Assembly (NCBI GenBank): GCA_963810725.1
Contig: CAWEOO010000003.1
Span: forward strand, 135,314-199,313
Direction: 5' to 3'
DNA from: an uncultured Chloroflexia bacterium
Lineage (GTDB): Bacteria > Chloroflexota > Limnocylindria > Limnocylindrales > CSP1-4
Length of the DNA: 64,000 nt
The notes below the pieces were generated by a model that made no database searches, was not told the DNA's origin, and saw only the letters and a list, made by a program, of their open reading frames with translations. The position numbers were made by a program, and so were the translations under genes. This document shows positions 30,706-40,306 of the stretch, one piece after another (positions within the stretch are counted from its first letter, which is position 1; the number at the start of each line of letters is the position of its first letter).

Positions 30706-31419
30706 ATGGCCTCCGGCTCGGCGTTCACGCGGATCCGGGACGACCCGCTCGCGGCGTTCGTCCTGGATCACGCCTCGCTCCTCATCACGGCCGCGTCGAC
30801 CGCGCTCGTGGCCATCCGCGCCATGGCTGTGGCCGGGTTCCAACCTGAGACGGCCGTAGCGCTGCTGTCGAGCGGCGGTCTCACCGGCCTGGTGCTCGCC
30901 ACGATCGAGACCGCGCTGCCGATGGTGGCGCCCGCGATCGCCATTCTGCTGTGGACCGAGTCCGCGCGGTTCCGAGGGTCTCCCTGGCTGTCGATCGTCT
31001 GGGGCGTGTCGCTCCCGATCGCCCTGGTCGTATCGTTGGGGGCGTCGATCGGTTACCTGCTGCTCGGGATCGCTGCGCCCGTCGGCGTGTCCCTGATCAT
31101 TGCTCGTCGGCGTGGCGACCCTACCTTGACACCGGTGGGACTCGCGCTCCTCCTGACCCCCGCGATCGCGCTCGCGCTGATCCCCAGCGGCCGACCATGG
31201 TTCCCGCCCGAGCGCATCACGATCGGGGCCGAGACCTTCACCGGCTACGTCCTCGACGAGTCGGCCGGCTGGACGCGGGTGCTCGTCGACAACCCTCGCT
31301 ACGTCCGCATCGCGGCGTCCGGATCGATCACCGCCCGGGCGTCGTGCGTCACCCAGACCGATCCGCTCTGGACGCCGATCGGCGGCCTCGCCCGTCGCTC
31401 CGGCCTGCCCCCGTGTTGA
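30706..31419 (+). CDS. Polytopic membrane protein of 237 aa, the last gene of the element.
   Basis: It has about six hydrophobic helices. Its stop codon lies 4 bp before the right direct repeat. Confidence 0.6.
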   Translation: MASGSAFTRIRDDPLAAFVLDHASLLITAASTALVAIRAMAVAGFQPETAVALLSSGGLTGLVLATIETALPMVAPAIAILLWTESARFRGSPWLSIVWGVSLPIALVVSLGASIGYLLLGIAAPVGVSLIIARRRGDPTLTPVGLALLLTPAIALALIPSGRPWFPPERITIGAETFTGYVLDESAGWTRVLVDNPRYVRIAASGSITARASCVTQTDPLWTPIGGLARRSGLPPC

Positions 31420-31422
31420 GCG

Positions 31423-31439
31423 TGGCAGCGGTTCTGGCA
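31423..31439 (+). repeat. attR candidate (TGGCAGCGGTTCTGGCA).
   Basis: It is an exact copy of the sequence at 24174-24190. Confidence 0.55.
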
Positions 31440-31749
31440 GCGTCCGGCGTCGGTCGGCCCTGGTCTGTTGTCACGCTCGACGTCGCGCATCGGCGCTCAG
31501 CGCATCCCCCGGCGGACGGTGCCGGACACGGAGGGGCCTACCTGGAGTAGTCGCAAGGCGGTTCCTCGGCGTCGTACACTGGCGACGGCGCGCTCCCGCG
31601 CCTGACTGCCAGACCGAGCCCCCACGCGGCGCGGCGATGCGGCGGTAAAGGGGATCCGGATCCTCGGGACGAACCGGTCGACCATCCGACCGGCCGACGA
31701 CGTGGCGGCGTGGGCGCGTGCGTCGGCGGCCGTGACGGAGAACTGACCG

Positions 31750-33102
31750 ATGACCACCGACAAGGCCTTCAAGCGGGTCGTGCGCGCGCGCATGGCCAAG
31801 ACCGGCGAGCGATATGCCGCCGCCCGACGGACGCTGATCGTGGGGACCGCGGACGGACATCACGCGGAGCCGACGGCCGACGCCGCCACCCCGAGCGGCT
31901 ACCGGATGCGCGGTGGCCTCCACCCGGAGACGGCGGCGCTGGCGAACGTCCTGGCGAACCAGGGTGTTGTCTCGGGCCTGACGGGCGAGCCGTTGACCGA
32001 GGCCGCGATCCTCGGCATCGGCGGGGGCCTGGGCGCCGGCTACATCCTCTGGGAGTTCAAGAGCCACGGCGGGCCGGTGCTCACCCTCGGATTCCGGAAT
32101 CGGTGGCAATACCCGTCGATCCCCGGCTGGACCGGCAAGACGCTCGATCGGCTCGGCGTCGAGCCCGACATGCACGAGACCGGCGGCGCGAAAGGGGCTC
32201 GCGAGGCGCTCGATGCACGCCTGGACGCCGGCATGCCCGTCATCGCCTTGATCGACCTCCAGTCGATCGGGACCTGGGGACAACCCGAGGCGATGTCGGG
32301 GCACTTCGGTCTGGTCGTCGTCGTCTTCGGACGTGACGCCGATGGCGTACCTCGTGGACGACCGTGGCCGGAGCCCATTCCGAGTGTCACCGGCCGTGAT
32401 GGCCGCCGCGCGCGGACGGATCGGCTCGTTCAAGCACCGGATCGTCGGGCTGCGAACGACGCCCGGACCGATCCCGGCCGACCGGCTTCGGGCGGCGATG
32501 CGCGCGGGTCTCCAGGACCAGGTGGATCACCTGCGATCCCCATCCGACTCCTTCTCGCTCCCGGCCTGGCGCAAGTGGGGCCGTCTGATGACCGATCAGC
32601 GGAACGCGAAGGCGTGGCCGCGGGTCTTCGCCGACGGTCACGGCCTGTTCGGCTCGCTGTCGGCCCTTCACGAAAGCGTCGACGGCCAGGTCGGGCCATA
32701 GGGCGGGCACTTGCGGGAGCTGTACGCCGCATCACTCGACGAAGCGGCCGTCGCGCTCGACAACCCTGCGCTCGGTGACGCGGCGCGGGCGTGGCGGGGC
32801 GTCGCCGACCGATGGGAGGAGCTGGCCGACGCGGCCGTACCGCCCGATCTCGACGGTGCAGCCCAGGCGGTCGAGGCGGTCGAGACCCTTCACGAGGCGG
32901 TGATGGCCGGCGAAGGGGGTCGGTCGCGCGTGGGCGCGGCCGCGGAGACCGCGTGGGCGATCCGGGATCGCTACGCCGAAGCCTTCCCCCTGTCACCGGA
33001 CCGCATCGCGGCGATCCTCGAGGACTCGGCGACCGGCTCGGCGCGATCTACCGGGCTGAGGTCGACGCGCTCGAGGTGACCGCTCAGGCCATCGGCAGAT
33101 GA
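31750..33102 (+). pseudogene. BtrH-like (BtrH_N plus DUF4872-type) protein. It has a frameshift near 32340 and an in-frame TAG at 32699-32701.
   Basis: The N-terminal domain is in ORF 31750..32778. It continues in 32333..32701 and then 32711..33102 (LRELYAASLDEAAVALDNPALGDAARAW...). Confidence 0.5.
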
Positions 33103-33886
33103 GGTCTTCACTGCGGCTTCGCAGGGCCCACCGCTCGGGGGTCAGGCCGATCGGGCCGGCCTCGACGAGTCGGTCTGACCCGGGAGTCCCGTCGACTGGC
33201 GCCAATCGACCGGTCATCCAGTCGTGGTACCAGGGCGCCCACGTCCGGGCGCCGCCGTCGTGGTACTCGGCGTATGACCGGCGGTGCGGTGGCTCGTCGG
33301 CGGGCCGCACGGATGTGAACGCCCCCGCATCGTGGAGCGGCGGGAGCTCGGTCTCGGAGACGCCCAGCGTCCGGTAGACCGCCTCGACCTGGTGCAGCCA
33401 CTCGTGGACGTAGCCCTGCTCGGGGTCGGGATCGGTCAGGAGGGTCCGCCAGTGGTCGGTCGAGATGGACGAGAACCCGGCACCGAACGTCGCATCGGAC
33501 GGTCCGATGCTGCATCCCCAGCCACACTGGGGCACGGCCGGATCGCTCGGCCACAGTGCGTAGACGGAGTCGTAGGTCGCACCCGTCCCGGCGACCTCCT
33601 CGAGCTCGGGGCGGACCTCGCGGGGTCCGACCCACCAGCGGCCCCCGCCGCTCGATGACAGCGACCGGATCGAGCGGCGCACCTCGACGACATCGAACGG
33701 CTCGAGCGCTGCGAGGCCGTCACTCCAGGCGTGGACGGTCGCCGGCAGGCGCTCGACGACGTCCATCACGGCCGCCCGTTCGTCGCGGGTCATGACCCGG
33801 CGGGCGCGGCTGCGCTGCAGCCCAGATCCGTACCGGGCGTCCAGGACCGGAAAGAGCAGCACCAGGGTCCGCCACGACTGGGTCAT
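32993..33886 (-). CDS. Hypothetical protein with an HExxH motif (GYVHEWLHQVEAVY), possibly a metallopeptidase-like fold.
   Basis: It is a 297-aa ORF with protein-like composition. The C-terminal 30 aa may be an artefact. Confidence 0.45.
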   Translation of the reverse strand: MTQSWRTLVLLFPVLDARYGSGLQRSRARRVMTRDERAAVMDVVERLPATVHAWSDGLAALEPFDVVEVRRSIRSLSSSGGGRWWVGPREVRPELEEVAGTGATYDSVYALWPSDPAVPQCGWGCSIGPSDATFGAGFSSISTDHWRTLLTDPDPEQGYVHEWLHQVEAVYRTLGVSETELPPLHDAGAFTSVRPADEPPHRRSYAEYHDGGARTWAPWYHDWMTGRLAPVDGTPGSDRLVEAGPIGLTPERWALRSRSEDLICRWPERSPRARRPQPGRSRRAGRRVLEDRRDAVR

Positions 33887-33934
33887 GACCCCGAGCGTAC
33901 CCGGCGCTTCGACCGGCTGCTAGCATCGTCCGCC

Positions 33935-34840
33935 ATGAACACCAAGCGGCTCGCGACCGCCGACCCGGGGCAGCTGATCGGCACGGATTGGCTGGCCGAT
34001 CACCTCGAGGACCCCGACCTGCGCCTCGTCCACGTCTCGCCGAATCGGCGCGTCTACAACAAGCGACACATCCCAGGCGCCGTGTACAGCGACATCCATC
34101 GCGAGATCGCCCTGCGCGGCACGGCTCCGGAGACCGGCGACGCGGAGCGAGAATGGCTGGTCCCCACGCCCGGGCAGACCGCGGCGGTGCTGCGCCGCTG
34201 GCGCGTCGGCGAGGGGGACCGGATCGTCTTCTACGACGACGTCGGGCTCAATCGTCAGGCCATCCGCGGCTACTGGCTGCTCAGCCTGTACCGGTTCCCG
34301 AAGGACCGGCTGCACATCCTCGACGGCGGGATCGAAGCCTGGCGGCGGGCGGGCCACGCCACCTCGACCGAGGTCCCCGCGACCGATCCGGCGGACGCAG
34401 AGCGGACCCCGGTCACGCTGGGGGAGCGCGACGACTCGATCATCGCGACCTACGACGAGGTCCTGGCCTGGAGCAGGGAATCGAGCCAGGGTTCCGACGC
34501 GCCGACGAGGCTCCTCGACGTCCGGACCGCCGGCGAATGGGTCGGCACGGACCTTCGAGCCCGGCGCGGCGGCCACATCCCGGGCGCCCGCAACCGCCTG
34601 TTCTCGGACCTGCTGACGGACGAGGGGACCTTCCGCGCGGTCGACGAGATGCTCTCGATCATCCGCTCGAGCGGCGTCGAGCCGGCGGAGATCCGTGCCA
34701 CGTACTGCCAGGGCGGGGTGCGCGCCGCCCTGGTCTGGTTCGTGCTCCACGAGCTGGCCGGCTTCGAGGACGTCCGGAGCTACGCGGGCTCATGGGAGGA
34801 GTGGGGCAACCGGCCGGACAGCCCGATCGAGGCGCCCTGA
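33935..34840 (+). CDS. sseA: Two-domain rhodanese, a thiosulfate/3-mercaptopyruvate sulfurtransferase.
   Basis: It has tandem rhodanese domains with the active-site motif ATYCQGGVRAA. Confidence 0.85.
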   Translation: MNTKRLATADPGQLIGTDWLADHLEDPDLRLVHVSPNRRVYNKRHIPGAVYSDIHREIALRGTAPETGDAEREWLVPTPGQTAAVLRRWRVGEGDRIVFYDDVGLNRQAIRGYWLLSLYRFPKDRLHILDGGIEAWRRAGHATSTEVPATDPADAERTPVTLGERDDSIIATYDEVLAWSRESSQGSDAPTRLLDVRTAGEWVGTDLRARRGGHIPGARNRLFSDLLTDEGTFRAVDEMLSIIRSSGVEPAEIRATYCQGGVRAALVWFVLHELAGFEDVRSYAGSWEEWGNRPDSPIEAP

Positions 34841-34856
34841 GCGGCTGCCGATCCTG

Positions 34857-35648
34857 ATGCATCGCGAGCTGCGAACACTTCCCGAGCGATCGACGGCGAT
34901 CATTCGCGCGTTCGGTCCCGTCATCCAGCGTTCGTCGGTGCGTGGCGCTCTCGTGGCCGCGGCCGTGGCGGTCGCGTGGATCTACCTGCGACCCGAGGTC
35001 GGGCCGATCCCGGAGCCCCTGGTCGGGGCACCAGTCGCGGGCGCGGTGGCGACCGCCGTGGCGTTCCTGCTGGTCCCGCGGCGAGTCCATCGGGCGTTCG
35101 AGGCGTTTTCCTGGCTCGGTCGCCTGGAGCTTGACCGATTCCAGGAACGAAGCGGCGGGCCCACGCCCGCGAACGCCGAGCAGATCGATCTGTGGTTGGC
35201 CGCCCATCCGCCGGCACCAGCTGTTGTCTTGCCGCGGGTCGAGCTGTTGGCCTTCGCCGGTCGATACGACGACGCGCGCCGGGAGCTGGCGACGCTCGAA
35301 CCCTCGCCGGAGACGGCCTTCGAACGAGCCTCGTTGATCCAGTACATCGACTGGCTCGAGACGGGAGCGCCAGGGGTGGACGACCTTCGATCGGCGGCCG
35401 AGAAGGTTCGTCAAGGAGGCGAGGCACGGCGAGCCGCGGACGTGACGGTCGCCCTGGCCGAAGCGCGGGAGCGGGCCACTCGGGACGACCCTGAGTGGTT
35501 TGCCCCCCTCGAGGCCGTTCGGGCTCGCCTTGGGCTCGCACCGCGACGCGTCGTCCTGCGTGACACCTGGGCCAAGGCCGGTGTCGCGTTCACGCTCGTC
35601 GGGTTCATCGCGGGGATGGTCGCGTCGCTGCTCCGCTTCCTGCTGTGA
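34857..35648 (+). CDS. Membrane-associated hypothetical protein.
   Basis: It has two N-terminal hydrophobic helices and one C-terminal helix. GC3 bias is present. Confidence 0.5.
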   Translation: MHRELRTLPERSTAIIRAFGPVIQRSSVRGALVAAAVAVAWIYLRPEVGPIPEPLVGAPVAGAVATAVAFLLVPRRVHRAFEAFSWLGRLELDRFQERSGGPTPANAEQIDLWLAAHPPAPAVVLPRVELLAFAGRYDDARRELATLEPSPETAFERASLIQYIDWLETGAPGVDDLRSAAEKVRQGGEARRAADVTVALAEARERATRDDPEWFAPLEAVRARLGLAPRRVVLRDTWAKAGVAFTLVGFIAGMVASLLRFLL

Positions 35649-35706
35649 GGTATCCTTCCGACCGGCCGCGCGACGCGGCCCCGTGGGCACGCTGCCCGCG
35701 ACACGT

Positions 35707-35781
35707 TCCGGCGTAGCTCAGTGGTAGAGCGGGCGGCTGTTAACCGCTTGGTCGTAGGTTCGAGTCCTACCGCCGGAGCCA
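35707..35781 (+). tRNA. tRNA-Asn(GTT).
   Basis: A hand-folded cloverleaf gives a 7-bp acceptor stem (TCCGGCG/CGCCGGA), a D-arm GCTC-AGTGGTA-GAGC, an anticodon stem GGCGG/CCGCT with the loop CTGTTAA, a T-arm GTAGG-TTCGAGT-CCTAC, and an encoded 3' CCA. Confidence 0.9.
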
Positions 35782-35817
35782 GACCTCCCCTCATCGATCG
35801 CCTGGACGCGTCGCGCC

Positions 35818-36474
35818 TCAGTCGGTGAATGCGATCGAGGCCGCCAGTTCCGCGACGATCGCTTCCATGGCTGGATCGGGATGCGGCGACAGCGTGGTGA
35901 AATAGTAGCCGCGCCCAGCGTGCACCAGGGTGCGCCCGACGATGTGCTTGCCGGCACAGGTCTGCTCCAGGATCCCGGCGGATTCGCCCGCGAACGTGCC
36001 GGACCGCGGGGTGCCCGGACAATCGGGGGGCAGCCCGGCCGCGACGTGCGTCTCGAAGTCGGACCGCCATTCGTCCGCAGTCGTTTCGGTCGGGATCGCC
36101 ATCGAGTTCATGACGAGGAACGAGCCGAAGCCCGCCGGGGCGATCGCGTCCTCGCCCGGAACCTCACCGCCGGGGGTGAACTCTGCGAGGGATTCCCACG
36201 ATCCGTCGTACTCGTGAACGATCCAGTCGGGTGGGACCTCGACGCGGTACCCGTGTCGAGTGGACTCGAACACGCGCGCGGATGGCGACGCGGAGGGGGA
36301 GTCGGACGGCGTCGCGGAGGGCGCCGCCGCCTCTGACGGAGCGGTCGACGGCTGCCGGATCGTCGGCGAAGGCGCCGGCACCGACGTCGAAGTCGCCGGT
36401 GCGCTGACGCCCACACACGCCACAAGCCCGACGGCCATGGCGACGACGCCGAATCCCCGAAGCCGGCGGCTCAT
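35818..36474 (-). CDS. Lipoprotein with a Pro/Ser-rich linker.
   Basis: The N-terminus is MSRRLRGFGVVAMAVGLVAC, a lipobox. Its ATG overlaps the upstream stop as ATGA. Confidence 0.65.
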   Translation of the reverse strand: MSRRLRGFGVVAMAVGLVACVGVSAPATSTSVPAPSPTIRQPSTAPSEAAAPSATPSDSPSASPSARVFESTRHGYRVEVPPDWIVHEYDGSWESLAEFTPGGEVPGEDAIAPAGFGSFLVMNSMAIPTETTADEWRSDFETHVAAGLPPDCPGTPRSGTFAGESAGILEQTCAGKHIVGRTLVHAGRGYYFTTLSPHPDPAMEAIVAELAASIAFTD

Positions 36475-37700
36475 GGGTTCGCCCTGAGCCAGATGCCGGA
36501 CCGGCTGGGTGCGACCGCCTCGTCGATGGCGCCGAGGACCGCGGCGTGGAGCGCGTCGAGGTCGACCTGGTCGCGGGCTTGGTTCGCGAGCGCCTGCACG
36601 ACGCGGTCGGCGTCGACGCGGGCTCGGTTGAAGCGGCGGTCGACCGTGGCCTGGACGCGGCGCCTGAGCGGCTGGAACAGGCCCGCGACGAGGAGGGTCG
36701 AGGCGGCCGTCGTGAATGTCTCGCCGCCAGTGACGTTCGCCAGCAGCGCCTGGAGGACCAGGTTGGTCGCGACAAAGGCAGCGGCGAGGACGGCGGTGAC
36801 CGTCGCATATGCCACCGTCCGGCCGATAAGGCGGTCGATGTCGTACAGCCGATAGCGCAGGATCGCCATGCCGATGGCGACCGGAACGAAGCCGAGGGCG
36901 ATCGTCATCACGACGTAGCACGCGATGCCGATGGGCTGGGGCAGCGTCGCCGCCCCGGTGAGGCCCAGGGCGGCGAGTCCCATCGCGGATCCGAACCACT
37001 TGAGCTGCTGGCGCTCGATCGACGTCCCGCGACGGAATCGCACGAAGGCGGCGAGGGCGGCCAGCAGGAGGCACGGCAGGAGGACGAACCCGGACAGGTC
37101 CAGCAGCGTCCGCGCGACCTCTGCCAGCGCTGGGATGCCGGTCGGGTTCTCGATCGCGGAGTCGACAAGGTCGAGCGGTCCCGGTTTCAGGATCGCCCCA
37201 AGCGCCAGGCCCACGATCGCAGCGAGGGCGAGCACGAGCACGAGCATCCATCGACGCGACATCAGGCGGCCGTCGGGGAAGAGCAATGGCGGGACGATCA
37301 GGGCCAGCGCCAGCATCGGCATGAAGAGCCAGCTCAGCCAGGCACCGACGGTGGTGCCGGGCAACGCGCCACCGGCGCGAATCACGCTGATGAAGCTCCA
37401 GGACTGGCCCACCAGGCTCACGGCCAAGCCGATGCCCACGACCCACAGTAGCCAGCCGACGATGTTGTCCGGCCGGCGAACGACGATCACGGCACCCATG
37501 ACCGCCCATGTCGAGACGACCGCCGGGTACGCGAACAGCGCCCAGCCGTCTCGTTCTCCGACGAGCGGGAGCAGCGGGAGCGCGGCCACCATGAGCGCGG
37601 GCAAGCCGAGCGCGAGCGCCCACACCAGCGTCCGGATCGGGCGCGACAGCCGGCGTGCCCCCGAGGCAGGAGTATTCACCTCAGGCCGAAAGGCGGTCAT
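36471..37700 (-). CDS. Polytopic membrane protein with a C-terminal cytoplasmic segment that resembles the N-terminal domains of sensor kinases.
   Basis: It has about eight transmembrane helices. It is co-oriented with, and start/stop coupled to, the lipoprotein gene. Confidence 0.6.
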   Translation of the reverse strand: MTAFRPEVNTPASGARRLSRPIRTLVWALALGLPALMVAALPLLPLVGERDGWALFAYPAVVSTWAVMGAVIVVRRPDNIVGWLLWVVGIGLAVSLVGQSWSFISVIRAGGALPGTTVGAWLSWLFMPMLALALIVPPLLFPDGRLMSRRWMLVLVLALAAIVGLALGAILKPGPLDLVDSAIENPTGIPALAEVARTLLDLSGFVLLPCLLLAALAAFVRFRRGTSIERQQLKWFGSAMGLAALGLTGAATLPQPIGIACYVVMTIALGFVPVAIGMAILRYRLYDIDRLIGRTVAYATVTAVLAAAFVATNLVLQALLANVTGGETFTTAASTLLVAGLFQPLRRRVQATVDRRFNRARVDADRVVQALANQARDQVDLDALHAAVLGAIDEAVAPSRSGIWLRANP

Positions 37701-37768
37701 GGCAACGGATGATGCGCGCGGAACGTTCCCGAAACGTTACGGATTTGCCGGCACGTCCGGCGCAGGAG

Positions 37769-40135
37769 TCAGGCGGCCGCGCTCGGCCTCGACCTGGGGG
37801 CGAGCCGTGCCTCGAGTGCCGGGAGCGGCTCCGGCCGCCCGAAGTGGTAGCCCTGACCGAGCGGGCACCCGAGCTCCAGGAGCCGCTTGGCCGTGGCAGC
37901 ATCCTCGATGCCCTCCGCGACGACCGAGACGTGGAGCGCCGCTCCGAGACTGATGATCGCCTCGACCACGGCCGCGTCGACGCCGCCGTCGAGCATCGTC
38001 GCAACGAACGAACGATCGATCTTGAGCCCATCGATCGGCAGGGATCGCAGGTTGCCGAGCGACGAGAAGCCCGTTCCGAAGTCGTCGAAGGCCACCCCGC
38101 ATCCCGCGTCGCGGAGCCTCCGGAGATAGCCCAGGCCTTCCTCGCCGCAATCGAGCACGAGGCTCTCCGTGATCTCGATGTCGAGAACGTCATGCGGCAA
38201 ACCGGCGTCCCGCAACGCTCCGAGCACGTCGTCCACGATGCGGGGATCGCGCAGCTGGCGGGGCGAGAGATTCACGGCCAGGCGCAGGTTCTCCGCGTCG
38301 CCACCGTTCTGCCGCAGGGCGGCCAGGTCCAGGCACGCCCGCCGGAGGACCCAACGACCGAGGGGCAGGATCAGGCCGGTCTCCTCGGCGGTCGGGATGA
38401 AGGTGGCCGGGGGCACGTCACCCCGCACGGGGTGCGACCAGCGCGCCAACGCTTCGACGGCAACGATGCTGCCATCGCGGAGGTCGACGATCGGCTGGTA
38501 CGCCAGGGTGAGGCGTTCGTGCTCGACCGCCTCGCGAAGCGTCGATTCGAGCTCTTGGCGGGCGGCCACCTCGGCCTGCATCGACGGCTCGAAGAGCGCA
38601 TACGATCCGCGACCGCTGACCTTGGCGCGGTACATCGCGACGTCGGCGTCGCGCAGCAGGTGGTCGACCGTGCCCTCGCCGCTGCCCGCCAGGACGACCC
38701 CGATGCTGCAGCGGATCGTGATCTCGCGATTGTCGAGCCGGAAGGGGCTGTCGAAGGCCGTCAGGACCCGCTCGGCCAGGACGACGACGTCGCTCGGTGC
38801 GTCGATATCGTCCACGAGGATCGCGAACTCGTCGCCGCCCAACCGCGCGATGGTGTCCTCGGGGCGCAGGACGGTATGGAGGCGCCCGGCGATGGCGATG
38901 AGGAGCCCGTCCCCGACGTTATGGCCGAGGCTGTCGTTGACGGTCTTGAACCGATCGAGGTCGAGGAACAACAGCGCGACCGACCGGCGCCCCTTGGAGC
39001 GGCGTTGGAGCGCATGCTCGACTCGGTCCTTGAACAGGGCTCGATTGGCCAGGCCGGTGAGGTCGTCATGGAACGCCTGCTGGATGAGTCGTTCCTCGAG
39101 CTCCCGACGGATCGTGACGTCGGTGAGGGTGCCGGACATCCCGGCGAACTCGCCGTCCTCGTCGAGGATGCGCTGGGCATGCGCTTCGACCCAGATGTCC
39201 GTGCCGTGCTTGCCGACCACGCGCAATTCGTGTCGGTAATCCTCCAGCTTGCCCTGCACGATGGAACGCGCCAGGTCGACGTGGGCCTCGCGGTCGTCGG
39301 GGTGGATGAACTCCGTGATGGGGCGGCCGATCGCGTCGGCGACCGGGTAACCAGTCAGCTCCTCCCATGCCTGGTTGAGCAACGCCCAACGCCCGGCGCT
39401 GTCGACGCGGAAGATCACCTCACGGACGGCCTCGACGACCGTCCGGTAGCGTGCCTCGCTGTCGCGCAGCGCTTCGCTCGAAGTCTGCGCACGTGTCACC
39501 GCGTGCTCGAGTCGACGGCGGTGCCGGAACAAGACGAGACCGACCAGGCCGACGACCGCGGCCAGTGCCCCGACGCGCAGGAGCGCGGCGAATTCCGCAG
39601 GCAGGTCGGGACTCGCCGGCGTGAGCTCGATGATGACGGAGGTGATCACCGCGACGATCCAGGCGGCGATCAGGGCGCCCTTGAGCCGGCGACCGTTCAG
39701 GAAGGAGAGGGCGAAGGCCACGGCCATGATCGGCGCCGCCGCCAGGGCCGGGACCGGAGGCGGAATGGGAGCCGAGGCGAGGACCGCCACGAGCACCGAC
39801 GCGACCAGCAGCATCACCGCCCGCTCCGAACGCCCGGCGAGGAGCTGTCGCCGGGCGTGGATGAGGGCCACGGCGAGCGCGGTCATGACGACGGCTCCAG
39901 CGGCCGACGCCATGTCGCCGGTCTCGAGCACCAGGCCGACTCCCGCCACGGCGAAGATCAGGACGATGGCGGCCATGGCCACGGCCAGACGGGCGAGTTC
40001 GCGGGTTTCGTCGGCGGGAAGCGGGCGTTCGGCGGGCGGGGTCGGTTGGGCTTCAGCGGCATCCACGAACGTGGGGCTCTGGGCCGAACCTGACGGGATG
40101 GACGGGACAGACAAACGGGGACTCCGTTGCGCCAT
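37769..40135 (-). CDS. Membrane-anchored PAS-GGDEF-EAL protein, a c-di-GMP diguanylate cyclase/phosphodiesterase.
   Basis: It has an N-terminal multi-helix membrane domain, a PAS domain, a GGDEF domain (RLGGDEFAIL) and an EAL domain (EALARW...DDFGTG...KIDRSFV). Confidence 0.9.
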   Translation of the reverse strand: MAQRSPRLSVPSIPSGSAQSPTFVDAAEAQPTPPAERPLPADETRELARLAVAMAAIVLIFAVAGVGLVLETGDMASAAGAVVMTALAVALIHARRQLLAGRSERAVMLLVASVLVAVLASAPIPPPVPALAAAPIMAVAFALSFLNGRRLKGALIAAWIVAVITSVIIELTPASPDLPAEFAALLRVGALAAVVGLVGLVLFRHRRRLEHAVTRAQTSSEALRDSEARYRTVVEAVREVIFRVDSAGRWALLNQAWEELTGYPVADAIGRPITEFIHPDDREAHVDLARSIVQGKLEDYRHELRVVGKHGTDIWVEAHAQRILDEDGEFAGMSGTLTDVTIRRELEERLIQQAFHDDLTGLANRALFKDRVEHALQRRSKGRRSVALLFLDLDRFKTVNDSLGHNVGDGLLIAIAGRLHTVLRPEDTIARLGGDEFAILVDDIDAPSDVVVLAERVLTAFDSPFRLDNREITIRCSIGVVLAGSGEGTVDHLLRDADVAMYRAKVSGRGSYALFEPSMQAEVAARQELESTLREAVEHERLTLAYQPIVDLRDGSIVAVEALARWSHPVRGDVPPATFIPTAEETGLILPLGRWVLRRACLDLAALRQNGGDAENLRLAVNLSPRQLRDPRIVDDVLGALRDAGLPHDVLDIEITESLVLDCGEEGLGYLRRLRDAGCGVAFDDFGTGFSSLGNLRSLPIDGLKIDRSFVATMLDGGVDAAVVEAIISLGAALHVSVVAEGIEDAATAKRLLELGCPLGQGYHFGRPEPLPALEARLAPRSRPSAAA

Positions 40136-40306
40136 GCGCGCGGCGCGGATACGACCTTGACGCCTCAGGGTCGGTCCCCGAAGGCGATCACGTCCGTCCC
40201 CCGGTAGTCAGGGCATTCGAGGCGGAAATCGGCTCGCTCCGGCACGCACCGGCCCTCGTCGGCCGTGCTCAAGGCCCGCCGGCGGGGCTTCGTGCCCGCG
40301 TCGGCC

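Larger units (their letters stand above)
24174..31439. mobile_element. An integrated element of about 7.3 kb bounded by a 17-bp direct repeat, probably a phage-satellite-like element or cryptic prophage remnant.
   Basis: The direct repeat is TGGCAGCGGTTCTGGCA. The element carries a tyrosine integrase next to the left repeat, an excisionase-like HTH, an HK97 prohead protease and a small capsid-like gene. It lacks terminase, portal and tail genes. Confidence 0.6.

Noticed and set aside
37655-40093. 812-aa plus-strand ORF
   Set aside because: It is antisense to the PAS-GGDEF-EAL gene and has an Arg/Asp/Glu-rich low-complexity composition.
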